In this document: positions 28,301 to 37,637 of the stretch, piece after piece
Layout: the number at the start of each line of letters is the position of its first letter
How positions within the stretch are numbered: position 1 is the stretch's first letter
DNA from: Firmicutes bacterium UBA5493
Lineage (GTDB): Bacteria > Bacillota > Limnochordia > Darwinibacteriales > Darwinibacteriaceae
DNA length: 64,000 nt
Assembly: GCA_002424045.1 (NCBI GenBank)
Contig: DIPH01000015.1
Location: 70,550-134,549 of the forward strand
Reading direction: 5' to 3'
Notes under the pieces: model-generated
Told to the model about the DNA's origin: nothing
Database searches by the model: none
What the model saw: the letters and a program-made list of their open reading frames with translations, nothing else
Program-made: the position numbers and the translations under genes

Positions 28301-28996
28301 ATGCAACTTGTGTTCAAAGGCAAGACCAAAGATGTTTTTGTGTTAGATGATGGCAAGTATGTGTTGAAGTTCAAGGATGATGTGACCGGTGAGGATGGCG
28401 TCTTTGATCCGGGGGCCAATAAAGTGGGATTAGCTATGGAAGGTGCCGGTGAGGCCGCTCTACAGCTGAGTAAGTTCTTCTTTGAGATGCTACATAAAAA
28501 GGGAATCCCCACCCATTACATTGCAGCGGATCTAGAGGAAAAGACGATGACTGTTCAGCCAGCCAATCCCTTTGGTGAAGGTCTAGAAGTCATTTGCCGT
28601 TACCGAGCGGTGGGAAGTTTCTATCGGCGCTATGGCAAGTATGTGAAAAATGGCGATCCCCTTAATGCCTTTGTAGAATTCACCCTCAAAGATGATGCTA
28701 GAGAAGACCCGCCCATCACAGAAGATGCCCTGGTTATGCTGGGGATTCTATCGAAAGAAGAATACAAAACCCTGTGTCAGCTCACGCGCGAAATCGCAAA
28801 TGTAGTGAAAGACCAATTGGCCCAAAGAGATATGGATTTGTATGACATAAAATTTGAGTTTGGCCGGGTTGGCCACGACCATCATATTGCACTCATAGAC
28901 GAGATCTCCGGAGGCAATATGCGTGCCTATAAAGATGGTGCCCAGGTTCAGCCACTGGAGTTAACCAAATTAATGCTGGAAGACAAATCGTCATAG
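28301..28996 (+). CDS. purC: Phosphoribosylaminoimidazole-succinocarboxamide (SAICAR) synthase
   Basis: 231 aa. GKTKDVF, KFKDDVTGEDG, KGIPTHYI, IKFEFG, LIDEIS align with E. coli/B. subtilis PurC motifs. Confidence 0.8.
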   Translation: MQLVFKGKTKDVFVLDDGKYVLKFKDDVTGEDGVFDPGANKVGLAMEGAGEAALQLSKFFFEMLHKKGIPTHYIAADLEEKTMTVQPANPFGEGLEVICRYRAVGSFYRRYGKYVKNGDPLNAFVEFTLKDDAREDPPITEDALVMLGILSKEEYKTLCQLTREIANVVKDQLAQRDMDLYDIKFEFGRVGHDHHIALIDEISGGNMRAYKDGAQVQPLELTKLMLEDKSS

Positions 28997-29802
28997 CAAC
29001 CCAAGAGGCGCATCGCTCCAGCTTCTTGCTGGATTTGGTATAAAGCTCTATGTGTTTTTGGGCTAGCGGGATTTGCCGAAAACTCGACGCAAACACTTGA
29101 ATCCCGTAGGGATTGAACTTGTACCATGCTAAGCCCCAAGTCCCCTAGGATATTGATGATAAGGGGAAGGGTCTCCACAGTCTTGATCTGAATCAAGAAA
29201 CGTACACTTTGGACATCTGAAGGCAAGATAAGTTTTGAGCCAACTGCGAAATATCGTCGATTAAGGGGTAGGCACGCTTGAACGTAGAGAGCGTGCTTTT
29301 CGAGTAGAAAAACCAACTCTTCCGTAAAGGGTAAGAGGGCATAGTCTATAGACCCTTCTGCCACTTGGCGGCAGGCACTACCGGCGTCATCCGTTTGCAC
29401 CAACGCCGCCTCTGGGTAGAGGGCCGCTACAACCTGTGTGTCATCCCGCCCTAGGCCTGGGAGCAAAGCCAAGGTCCTCACCTGACCCTGGGGTTCCTTA
29501 GCGTGCTGCAAGACTTGTACTAGGACCAAGCCCGAATCCATTAGACGTTCGTATTGTCTCTCCCTAGAAAGACGCATTAGGGTACGTGCAAAAACGCTGG
29601 CGTAAGGTCTAAACTCCGGCGGTGTATTGGCCTCAGCTTCCCTAACCACCCTTTCCTCCTGCTCAGGGATGAAGACCTTACCCTCTGTCTTTCCCTTATG
29701 CTCTGCTACCTGGTCAACAATCATCATCCTTTTCAGGAACTGTTCTAGAAGCCCTTGATCAATGATGGACAGTTCCTGACGGAGTCTCTCAAGCTCTCCC
29801 AT
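28948..29802 (-). CDS. Chorismate mutase (AroQ-type) fused to a divergent prephenate-dehydratase/ACT-like region
   Basis: N-terminal LERLRQELSIIDQGLLEQFLKRMMIVDQV is a classic AroQ chorismate mutase helix. Remainder is PheA-like in length and order but canonical PDT motifs are degenerate. Start trimmed to MGELERL. Confidence 0.5.
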   Translation of the reverse strand: MGELERLRQELSIIDQGLLEQFLKRMMIVDQVAEHKGKTEGKVFIPEQEERVVREAEANTPPEFRPYASVFARTLMRLSRERQYERLMDSGLVLVQVLQHAKEPQGQVRTLALLPGLGRDDTQVVAALYPEAALVQTDDAGSACRQVAEGSIDYALLPFTEELVFLLEKHALYVQACLPLNRRYFAVGSKLILPSDVQSVRFLIQIKTVETLPLIINILGDLGLSMVQVQSLRDSSVCVEFSANPASPKTHRALYQIQQEAGAMRLLGCYDDLSSSINLVNSSG

Positions 29803-30919
29803 GTGATTTCCCTCCCCAGCCCTGCACTCCAAAGGCCACCAGCATCAAGTCCATGATGGCTATGGCTGCCGCCGCTTCCACTGCAACTACTGCACGAGGT
29901 ACAATGGCTGGATCGTGACGCCCAGCGACGGTAATCGTCTCGCTAAGCATGGTCTCCAAATTCACACTACGCTGAGGAAGGGCTATGGACGGCGTGGGCT
30001 TAATACCCACCTGAAATACCAGGGGCATAGCATTTGTAATACCTCCGTTGATTCCACCCTCATGATTGGTGGCAGTGCGCACCTGGTCTTCTGCACTTAT
30101 GTACAAAGGATCGTTATTCTCCGACCCCCTGCGCCTGCAGGCGGCAAAACCATCACCAAATGACACGCCTTTCACTGCTGGAATACCGTAGAGAAGTGAC
30201 GCCAAGCGAGACTCAACCCCACCAAAAATGGGATCTCCCAGGCCCGCCGGTAGGCCCAAGACGATGCACTGCACCACGCCACCAAGGGAGTCGCCCTGGA
30301 GGCGCACTCTTTCTACCAGTTCTACCATCTCTTCCTTTTTGCCATCATCCAGAACAGGAAGGTCTTTAGCCGCCAGGGTCTGGAGTTCCTCTATATTGGG
30401 ATTGGCTATATCCAAAGTGATATCAGAAACACCACCCAACTCCGCTATACGGGCAAAAATCTCGACACTTCGCCGCTTCAGCATCTGCTTACAGATAGCC
30501 CCAGCCGCGCACAGGGGAGCTGTGAGCCTTCCAGAAAAGTGTCCGCCTCCCCTAGGGTCCGCAGCTCCATCAAAACGCACAGTCCCCGTATAGTCCGCGT
30601 GGCTTGGCCGTGGTAGCTTCAACCTTTCATCATAGTCTTGAGAGCGCGCGTCCCTGTTTTCTATGACGATACAGAGGGGTGTACCCGTTGTCTGTCCCTG
30701 ATACACCCCTGAGAGAATAGTAAAGGCATCCCCTTCCGTCCTTGCTGTGGACCATGGTGTACGTCCTGGTGCACGCCTAGCCACAAAGTCTTGCATGGCT
30801 TCAAGGTCGAGCCTTTCGCCAGCAGGCACACCATCCACCACAACCCCCACTGCAGGTCCATGCGATTCTCCAAATAGGGTAATGTTTAGTTGTTCACCCC
30901 AGCTTGATGCCATGGACAT
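29789..30919 (-). CDS. aroC: Chorismate synthase
   Basis: 376 aa. GESHGPAVGVVVDGVP, RPSHADYT, GRHDP motifs. Confidence 0.9.
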   Translation of the reverse strand: MSMASSWGEQLNITLFGESHGPAVGVVVDGVPAGERLDLEAMQDFVARRAPGRTPWSTARTEGDAFTILSGVYQGQTTGTPLCIVIENRDARSQDYDERLKLPRPSHADYTGTVRFDGAADPRGGGHFSGRLTAPLCAAGAICKQMLKRRSVEIFARIAELGGVSDITLDIANPNIEELQTLAAKDLPVLDDGKKEEMVELVERVRLQGDSLGGVVQCIVLGLPAGLGDPIFGGVESRLASLLYGIPAVKGVSFGDGFAACRRRGSENNDPLYISAEDQVRTATNHEGGINGGITNAMPLVFQVGIKPTPSIALPQRSVNLETMLSETITVAGRHDPAIVPRAVVAVEAAAAIAIMDLMLVAFGVQGWGGKSHGRA

Positions 30920-30925
30920 CCTCCT

Positions 30926-32287
30926 TTATTGATTCCACCCGAAGGCAGTCATTATCGTGTCCACAATCTGAGCAACCTCTCCATGGCCACAGACCTTTAG
31001 ATCAGCTACAGCTTCATACAATGGTTGGCGCCGTTCAAACAACTTGCGAGTTTCCTTTACGCCTCCTTTGAGCATAGGTCGATTCGAATCGCCCCCTATG
31101 CGCTGTAAGGCCACCTCAAGGGACACGTCGAGATAAATGACCAAAGCCCCAGCCCCATGAACTGCCTCTAGAATACCCTCCTGGAGCAGTGTTCCGCCAC
31201 CTGTGGCCACGACCATCGACCCTGGACAGAGGAGCTGGTCCAGGAAAATCCGCCTCTCGAAGCTACGAAAGGTTTCTTCTCCTCGGGAGGCAAAAATCTC
31301 GGTTATGCTTTGTCCAGTTTCTTGCACGATGCGATCGTCCAAATCTACAAAGTCCAACGACATGGCTGTAGCTAAAGTCTTCCCAACATGGGTCTTTCCA
31401 CTACCCATAAAACCTGTAAGCACAAGCTTAATTGGACTATTACGGAGTACTTCCTCTGCTAGTTCTCGTCGCACCTCGTCAAGTTCATCCTTGCATGAAT
31501 CAAAGTTCACCTGGGGGTTCCAGATCTTCTGGGATGCCAGTGCCTGTTCAAAGAGCATTTGCAGGCCCCCCTTGGCCCAGAGTCCCCTGGACTTTGCCTG
31601 CAACACAAGGCGAGTTGCGCTCGGATTATATACCGTATCAAAGACAACCTGCGCCGCCTCAAGCTGTCTCTCTGTTACTGGAATACCGCCTACATGGGGC
31701 CACATCCCCACAGGTGTTCCATTCAACACGACCTCACAGTCCAAATTTCTTCCCTCATCACCCCAAACAGCATGGATGGTATGGTAATCTCTTTCCTTAA
31801 CCTCACCCACCAACGTCTCTGCCCGATGAGAGTTTCTAACTTGGATCAGGATCTCCGTAGCGCCAGCACGAACCGCTTCCATAGTCAGTACCCGAGCGAC
31901 ACCACCTGCTCCCAAAACACAAACTCTGCGCCCATGCATGGGCACCCTGCAGGCAGCAAAGGCCTCTCCGTCAGTGTTATGTCCTGTGCGCCCATGCACA
32001 GTGTTGACGGCACCATAGAGAGAAGCAGAAGGTCCCAGCTTGTCTACATAGGGTATTACAGATTCTTTATAAGGAATGGTACAGTTAAGCCCATCGAGTG
32101 CATCAAGAAGCTTAGGTAGCCTTGTGGGCAGAGATTTTGGTTCTAGCTCATAGAGTTGATACTCTCCTCGCAGACCTGCCACCTCCATAATGCGCTCATG
32201 GATGAAAGGTGAGAGACTATGCCCTAAGGGATATCCAATCAGGCCAAAACGGCGGAAAGGACCCTTCGTTTGTAAAATGTTCTTCAC
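30926..32287 (-). CDS. Bifunctional shikimate dehydrogenase (AroE) / shikimate kinase (AroK) fusion protein
   Basis: N-terminal GLIGYPLGHSLSP, NCTIPYK, GAGG Rossmann (AroE). C-terminal about 170 aa with Walker A GFMGSGKT and shikimate kinase lid (AroK). GTG start with GGGAGG ribosome-binding site. Confidence 0.8.
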   Translation of the reverse strand: MKNILQTKGPFRRFGLIGYPLGHSLSPFIHERIMEVAGLRGEYQLYELEPKSLPTRLPKLLDALDGLNCTIPYKESVIPYVDKLGPSASLYGAVNTVHGRTGHNTDGEAFAACRVPMHGRRVCVLGAGGVARVLTMEAVRAGATEILIQVRNSHRAETLVGEVKERDYHTIHAVWGDEGRNLDCEVVLNGTPVGMWPHVGGIPVTERQLEAAQVVFDTVYNPSATRLVLQAKSRGLWAKGGLQMLFEQALASQKIWNPQVNFDSCKDELDEVRRELAEEVLRNSPIKLVLTGFMGSGKTHVGKTLATAMSLDFVDLDDRIVQETGQSITEIFASRGEETFRSFERRIFLDQLLCPGSMVVATGGGTLLQEGILEAVHGAGALVIYLDVSLEVALQRIGGDSNRPMLKGGVKETRKLFERRQPLYEAVADLKVCGHGEVAQIVDTIMTAFGWNQ

Positions 32288-32374
32288 CAGCCATCGCCTC
32301 CCGTACCACCTACTGTCACATTTACTTCAGTTTATCCACGATAAATCCTGCATCATGCGTTGAGCTTGAATGCC

Positions 32375-32405
32375 CAGACAGAAAAACAAGGGCAGCAGCC
32401 CTTGT
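32375..32405 (-). terminator. Rho-independent terminator after pepF
   Basis: ACAAGGGC-N4-GCCCTTGT hairpin plus U-tract on minus strand, directly after the stop at 32408. Confidence 0.6.
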
Positions 32406-32407
32406 TT

Positions 32408-34189
32408 CTATTTTTGCGCTAGTTGTAAGAATTCTTCCACATCATCAGTAGCCAGTTTTACTGCTGCCTCCCAGAAATCCGGCTTGGTGAGATCCACCCC
32501 TAGGTGTTTCTTGGCCAGATCTTCCACGGTCATCCTGGCAGTATCTGCCAGTAGGCGTGCGTAGCTCTGGGCAAAACCCCGCCCCTCTGCTCTGGCTCTG
32601 GCGTAAACTCCCGCACTAAAGAGATAACCAAAGGTATAAGGGAAGTTGTAAAACGGTACGCCAGTTGAGTAAAAGTGTAGCTTGGATGCCCAGAAATGCG
32701 GATGGTAGACCTTTAGGCTCCCCAAGAAGGCATCCTTCTGGGCCTCCGTCATGAACTCGCTCAACTGGGCTGAGCTCACTAGACCCTTCTTTCGTGCATC
32801 GTAAAAACGGGTTTCAAAGAGGAAACGAGAGTGAATGTCCATAAAGAAGGAAACACTACGTCCGATCTTGTCCTCTAAAATGCCCAATTTCTCTTCTGGA
32901 CTGGTAGCCGCCCCTATGGCTCCATCCACCACCAGAAGCTCTCCAAAAGTGGATGCCGTTTCGGCCACGTTCATGGCGTAACGCCGCAGAAACAGGGGAG
33001 CATCCTTTAGAACATAACCATGGTAGGCGTGACCAAGCTCATGAGCAAGGGTGCCTAGGCTATCAAGGGTACCAGAGTAGGTCATGAAAACCCGGGATTC
33101 TTTGCTCAAAGGCAATGAGGTGCAAAAAGCTCCAGGACGCTTTCCTGCCCGGTTTTCCGCTTCAACCCAGCGTTTGTCTAGGGCTTTCTGGGTGAAATCA
33201 GCTATTTCGGGGCTAAACTTGCGAAATTGATCAACGACAAAGGTCTGTGCTTCGGCAAAAGGAATCTCCTTGCCCGCATCCCCCACAGGGGCCCGCAGAT
33301 CGTACCAGGCAACTTGGTCCAGACCCAAAAGCTCTGCTTTACGTTCCAAGAATTTTACTAAATGAGCTTTCCCCCCTTGCACAGCCGTCCACATCGCGTC
33401 CAATGTGGCCCGTTCCATGCGATTTCTTTGTAGGGGTTCTGAGAGCACATCATCCCAGCCGCGGTTTTTGTAAAGATTAATTCTAAAGCCCGCAAGATGG
33501 TTTAAGGTGCTAGCAAAAAGCTCGGCCTTTTCAGCCCAGGCCCTTTCGTATTTCTGGAAAACCTCTTCGCGGACTTTGGGGTCTGGGTTGGAAAGCAAAT
33601 TGGCCGCCTGCCCCATGGATAGTGTCTGAGGCCTTCCGTCTAGCTCCATATCGATAGACATCTCGCCAACAATGGTGTAATAAAGGTGGGACCAAGCATG
33701 ATAACCATCCACCTCCAAGTCGGTCACTAAGGCTTCTAACTCTGGAGACATCTTTGTCTTGGCCACATTGCGTCTTTCATTCAGGGAAAAATGGAGTTCC
33801 TTAAGCTCTTCATCGTCCAGAAATGACTGCCAATTCTTTTCAGGAATGCTCACAAAAATGTGATCGATGGCGGTAAAAACCCCGGCCAAAGATGCACTGA
33901 TTTGGCCCAGATCCCCCTGCAGCAGCTTCGCTTTGTCATCCCTTACATTCTGTGCCATGAGACAGCCCACAAAGGCACTGCACTGTCCCAGATTCATCTG
34001 CACGTCCTGCATATCATGGACAAGTGTTTTCAACTGCTCCACATCCAGATCGGCGGTGAGCGCTTCAACTTGCTCTCTTAGAGCCGATATCTTGGTACGC
34101 ACCGTCTCTATATGTTTCTGGAGCTCCTGTGAAGAACTTCCCCCCGGAAAGATGCTTTCCAAATCCCATGTTTGTTCTACGTTACTCAT
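32408..34189 (-). CDS. pepF: Oligoendopeptidase F (M3B family metallopeptidase)
   Basis: 593 aa with HEXXH zinc motif (AHELGHAYH) in M3B context. Confidence 0.85.
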   Translation of the reverse strand: MSNVEQTWDLESIFPGGSSSQELQKHIETVRTKISALREQVEALTADLDVEQLKTLVHDMQDVQMNLGQCSAFVGCLMAQNVRDDKAKLLQGDLGQISASLAGVFTAIDHIFVSIPEKNWQSFLDDEELKELHFSLNERRNVAKTKMSPELEALVTDLEVDGYHAWSHLYYTIVGEMSIDMELDGRPQTLSMGQAANLLSNPDPKVREEVFQKYERAWAEKAELFASTLNHLAGFRINLYKNRGWDDVLSEPLQRNRMERATLDAMWTAVQGGKAHLVKFLERKAELLGLDQVAWYDLRAPVGDAGKEIPFAEAQTFVVDQFRKFSPEIADFTQKALDKRWVEAENRAGKRPGAFCTSLPLSKESRVFMTYSGTLDSLGTLAHELGHAYHGYVLKDAPLFLRRYAMNVAETASTFGELLVVDGAIGAATSPEEKLGILEDKIGRSVSFFMDIHSRFLFETRFYDARKKGLVSSAQLSEFMTEAQKDAFLGSLKVYHPHFWASKLHFYSTGVPFYNFPYTFGYLFSAGVYARARAEGRGFAQSYARLLADTARMTVEDLAKKHLGVDLTKPDFWEAAVKLATDDVEEFLQLAQK

Positions 34190-34206
34190 ATACTACCTCC
34201 TCCTCT

Positions 34207-34662
34207 CTATAAGGCCGATGGTTTGGCCAACTGAATGCTATGCTTTTCTACCGTCATGGCCATCCTATCTATTTGTTTTCCAATTCTGCCCAGACGATCG
34301 TGGAGAAGATTGTACCCATCAAAGAGGGCTCCATCGTTCTCTTCCATTGCATTTTCCAGCCTGACAATGTCCTGTCGGAGACTTGTTTCAACTCGGGAAA
34401 TCTCCTGACCGAGACTTGTTTCAACTCGGGAAATCTCCTGACCGAGACTTCTTTCAACTCGGGAAATCTCCTGACCTAGGCGGGAAATCTCCTGACCTAG
34501 GCCTAAGACCTCCTGACCGAGATGTGCTTCAACACGGCCCAGGTCTTCACGCAAACCGGTTTCCATCTGATTCATCCGGGCCTCTACCCGCTCAACATTC
34601 GTCTTAACCTGTGTGATATCGTCAGCGATTGTCTTCAGAATATCCATGATTTGATCTTGCAT
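34207..34662 (-). CDS. Coiled-coil protein with 11-residue (hendecad) tandem repeats, unknown function
   Basis: Start trimmed to MQDQIMD (ribosome-binding site GGAAGGAG). Contains repeated SLGQEISRVE(T/R) units encoded by the 33-bp DNA repeat. Confidence 0.55.
   Translation of the reverse strand: MQDQIMDILKTIADDITQVKTNVERVEARMNQMETGLREDLGRVEAHLGQEVLGLGQEISRLGQEISRVERSLGQEISRVETSLGQEISRVETSLRQDIVRLENAMEENDGALFDGYNLLHDRLGRIGKQIDRMAMTVEKHSIQLAKPSAL
34378..34523. repeat. 33-bp tandem DNA repeat (3 near-identical full copies plus 2 partial copies) inside the coiled-coil gene
   Basis: gagacttgtttcaactcgggaaatctcctgacc repeated at 34378, 34411 and 34444 (one mismatch), then truncated copies to about 34523. 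Confidence 0.9.
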
Positions 34663-34724
34663 GATACATACTCCTTCCACAGCGATCCCTGGAATTTCAG
34701 TATACCATGAAAGAGCCATAAGCC

Positions 34725-36107
34725 TCAATCGACTAAGCGAAAACGTGCCGTGAAGTGGCGCAAAATAGGAGGTTCATATTCGAAGGCGATTCCCTTAATT
34801 TCATCTCTCTGAGCGTAGACTTTAGCGATGGAATCTGCAATATAACGCATATGGTTATCTGTGTACACCCTCCTAGGAATGGTTAAGCGCAGAAGCTCGA
34901 GCTCCGACAAACCATCTTCTCCCGTATCAGGGTCACGTCCATAAAGGAGCGAACCAATCTCCACCGCCCGAATACCGCTTTCTACATACAAAGACACAGC
35001 AAAGGCATGGGCAGGATATTGCGTTTTTGGCATGTGGGGTAAGATTTTACCCACGTCCACAAATACAGCATGACCGCCTATTGGCGATTGCACCGGAATA
35101 CCAGCATCCTGCAAGCGTTTACCCAAAAGCCCTACCTGGGAAATGCGCTGGGTCAAATAATCTTCTTCTACGACTTCTTCGAGGCCTATGGCCAAAGCTT
35201 CCATGTCCCGACCGGCCAGGCCCCCATAGGTTGGAAAGCCTTCAAGTGGAACCACCATGGCTTGGCAACGTTGAAAAAGATTTATGTCTTCCCGTACAGC
35301 CAAGACGCCGCCAATATTCACTAAGCCATCCTTCTTGGCGCTCATGGTGAATGCATCGCAATAGGAGAACTGTTCCCGGACGATTTCACGAATACTCTTA
35401 TTGGCATACCCGTCTTCCCGTTCCTTAATGAAATAGGCATTTTCCGCAAAGCGCGCACTGTCCATAACAACTGGAATGTCATATTTCTTCGCCATGGCAT
35501 AGGTTGCCCTAATGTTCGCCATGGAAATCGGCTGACCACCTACACTGTTGCAGGTCACAGTAGTCACAATGGCTGCAATGGAGTCTCGGCCTTTTTCCTG
35601 AATGAACCTCTCCATTGCCTCTAGATCAAAGTTTCCTTTAAAGGGATGCTCCTTGGCTGTATCTAAGGCCTCCGCGGTGATAAAGTTCACCGCTCTTCCA
35701 CGGGCCATCTCAATATGGGCTTTCGTTGTATCAAAGTGCATATTGCCTAAGACATACTGTCCATCCCGTCTAATAAGGAGGGGGAATAAAACCTGCTCAG
35801 CTCCACGCCCTTGATGTGTAGGCATGACGTAGATATGGCCACTGAGGTTTTGAACTGTCTCTTCAAGGTGGTAAAAGTTGCGGCTACCTGCGTAGGATTC
35901 GTCCCCAAGCATCAATCCAGCCCACTGCCTATCACTCATGGCGCCTGTACCACTATCGGTGAGTAAATCGATATAGACTTCATCACTGCGTAATAAAAAC
36001 GGGTTGTAACCCGCCTTTTCTATACACCTTTGGCGTTCTTCCCGAGGTAAGAGCCTGATGGGTTCCACCATCTTAATTTTGTACGGTTCTGGTTGATAGG
36101 ATGTCAT
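34725..36107 (-). CDS. Tryptophanase / tyrosine phenol-lyase family beta-eliminating lyase
   Basis: Start trimmed to [17 protein letters not shown] (ribosome-binding site GAAGGGGAG). PLP-lysine context SMSAKKD and TnaA/Tpl-wide conservation. Confidence 0.85.
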   Translation of the reverse strand: MTSYQPEPYKIKMVEPIRLLPREERQRCIEKAGYNPFLLRSDEVYIDLLTDSGTGAMSDRQWAGLMLGDESYAGSRNFYHLEETVQNLSGHIYVMPTHQGRGAEQVLFPLLIRRDGQYVLGNMHFDTTKAHIEMARGRAVNFITAEALDTAKEHPFKGNFDLEAMERFIQEKGRDSIAAIVTTVTCNSVGGQPISMANIRATYAMAKKYDIPVVMDSARFAENAYFIKEREDGYANKSIREIVREQFSYCDAFTMSAKKDGLVNIGGVLAVREDINLFQRCQAMVVPLEGFPTYGGLAGRDMEALAIGLEEVVEEDYLTQRISQVGLLGKRLQDAGIPVQSPIGGHAVFVDVGKILPHMPKTQYPAHAFAVSLYVESGIRAVEIGSLLYGRDPDTGEDGLSELELLRLTIPRRVYTDNHMRYIADSIAKVYAQRDEIKGIAFEYEPPILRHFTARFRLVD

Positions 36108-36204
36108 GTAAACTCCCCTTCGCATTTTTTTGACGTTCTCTTTACGTATTACTATTAGATTCCTCCGCCCGATTCCCCTTCACAAGTTAGCAAAGATTTC
36201 CGTC

Positions 36205-36233
36205 AAGTTAAAAGGGGCCTTCTAGGGCCCCTT
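36205..36233 (-). terminator. Rho-independent terminator after the Arc-like gene
   Basis: AAGGGGCC-N6-GGCCCCTT perfect hairpin plus U-tract on minus strand, 5 nt after the stop at 36238. Confidence 0.65.
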
Positions 36234-36237
36234 GTGG

Positions 36238-36438
36238 TCATCGATCACTGTCTGCTTGATTTCTGCCAGCACCGGTATGATCCGGTATATACTTGCCGGT
36301 CTTCTTTCTTTGCCGGACACATTCTGTGAGCAAAAACTCAATTTGTCCGTTTACAGATCGAAAATCATCCTCAGCCCAGGCGGCAATCTCCTCATAAAGT
36401 CTCACAGACAAGCGAAGTGGGACTTGCTTCTTGGCCAT
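36238..36438 (-). CDS. Arc/MetJ-type ribbon-helix-helix DNA-binding protein
   Basis: 66 aa. PLRLSVRLYEEIAAWAEDDFRSVNGQIEFLL parallels Arc repressor FNLRWPREVLDLVRKVAEENGRSVNSEIYQRV. Start 2 nt after the SPFH stop. Confidence 0.7.
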   Translation of the reverse strand: MAKKQVPLRLSVRLYEEIAAWAEDDFRSVNGQIEFLLTECVRQRKKTGKYIPDHTGAGRNQADSDR

Positions 36439-36440
36439 CT

Positions 36441-37463
36441 TTAATACAAACTTCCACTATTCACAATAGGCTGGGCGTCTCTATTCCCGCACAAGATGAC
36501 AAGGAGATTCGATACCATGGCCGCCCTACGCTCTTCGTCAAGCTGTACAACGTCGTTTTCACTAAGACTATCAAGAGCCATCTGGACCATGCCCACAGCC
36601 CCATCAACAATCATCTTCCTGGCATCAATGATGGCGCTGGCCTGTTGTCTCTGAAGCATCACCGCGGCAATTTCGGGTGCATAAGCGAGATGTGTGATGC
36701 GAGCTTCAATGATCTCGAGACCTGCGTTCTCCACTTTAGATTGAATCGTCTCCCGAATACGATCCGCTACAACGGCGCTCGAACCCCTCAGACTACCGTC
36801 ATCGGGCAGACCGTCACCGGTGGTGTCCACTCCTGGAGCCACATCATAGGGATAAATGCGGACGATATCCCTTAAGGCACTGTCACATTGCAGCGACAGA
36901 TATTCCTTATAATTGTCTACATTGAAGACTGCCTGCGCCGTATCAATAACCCTCCACATTACGGCTATACCGATCTCTACAGGATTGCCCAAAGCATCGT
37001 TGACCTTCTGTTTGGAATTGCTAAGCGTCATAACCTTCAGGGAGATCTTCTTATTTACCACATTAACCTGCCCCGTGCTTCCCTGACCTGAAAGGATCAC
37101 CTTGGAACCTGCATTGGTATCCACATCCCCGCTTTGGCCCAAACGCGTCTTCGCTGCTGGGTTAACGGCCGACGAGAAAGGATGGACATAGAAGAACCCA
37201 GGTTCTTTCAATGTACCAGTGTAATTTCCGAACAAGGTAAGGACGAGCGCCTCCTGGGGCTTGATGACTTTTAGTCCGAAAAAGGGGATAACCCCCACGA
37301 AAAGTCCAATAATCCCGACAACCAGGGGTAAGGCACCTATACTCAATCCATCGTCTAGCAAGAAGCCTCCCAAAATAACGAGCCCGATCATCCCAAGATA
37401 CAGCAACGAAAACAAAATTAACATGGGCAACCCCGGTTTGGCCTTTAGAATCTTCTCCTCCAT
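36441..37463 (-). CDS. SPFH/band-7 (stomatin/prohibitin-like) membrane protein
   Basis: Two N-terminal TM helices then SPFH domain. Start trimmed to MEEKILK (ribosome-binding site GAGGAGGAA). Confidence 0.8.
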   Translation of the reverse strand: MEEKILKAKPGLPMLILFSLLYLGMIGLVILGGFLLDDGLSIGALPLVVGIIGLFVGVIPFFGLKVIKPQEALVLTLFGNYTGTLKEPGFFYVHPFSSAVNPAAKTRLGQSGDVDTNAGSKVILSGQGSTGQVNVVNKKISLKVMTLSNSKQKVNDALGNPVEIGIAVMWRVIDTAQAVFNVDNYKEYLSLQCDSALRDIVRIYPYDVAPGVDTTGDGLPDDGSLRGSSAVVADRIRETIQSKVENAGLEIIEARITHLAYAPEIAAVMLQRQQASAIIDARKMIVDGAVGMVQMALDSLSENDVVQLDEERRAAMVSNLLVILCGNRDAQPIVNSGSLY

Positions 37464-37487
37464 ACACAATTCCTCCTCACATATATT

Positions 37488-37508
37488 TTGATATTATTAT
37501 GATATCAA
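37488..37508. promoter_or_regulatory. Inverted repeat TTGATAT-N7-ATATCAA in divergent promoter region (candidate operator)
   Basis: Perfect 7-bp arms. Lies between the SPFH start (37463) and the ABC exporter start (37638). Confidence 0.4.
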
Positions 37509-37637
37509 ACCGATATGGGAAATGCAAGCAAAATTAGGAAAAAATGGTTCCCAAACAAGAGGGCGCTTGATTAAAGAAAAAAACGGTGCTATAGTGAATA
37601 AGTGCACATTCTGTAAACCGAAAGGAGGCATCGTAGC

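Noticed and set aside
32288-32374. GGTGGTAC-containing sequence upstream of the aroE-aroK fusion that superficially resembles a T-box antiterminator motif
   Set aside because: It is simply the GGGAGG ribosome-binding site region only about 15 nt from the GTG start. The leader is under 100 nt, far too short for a T-box, and no specifier or terminator architecture is present.
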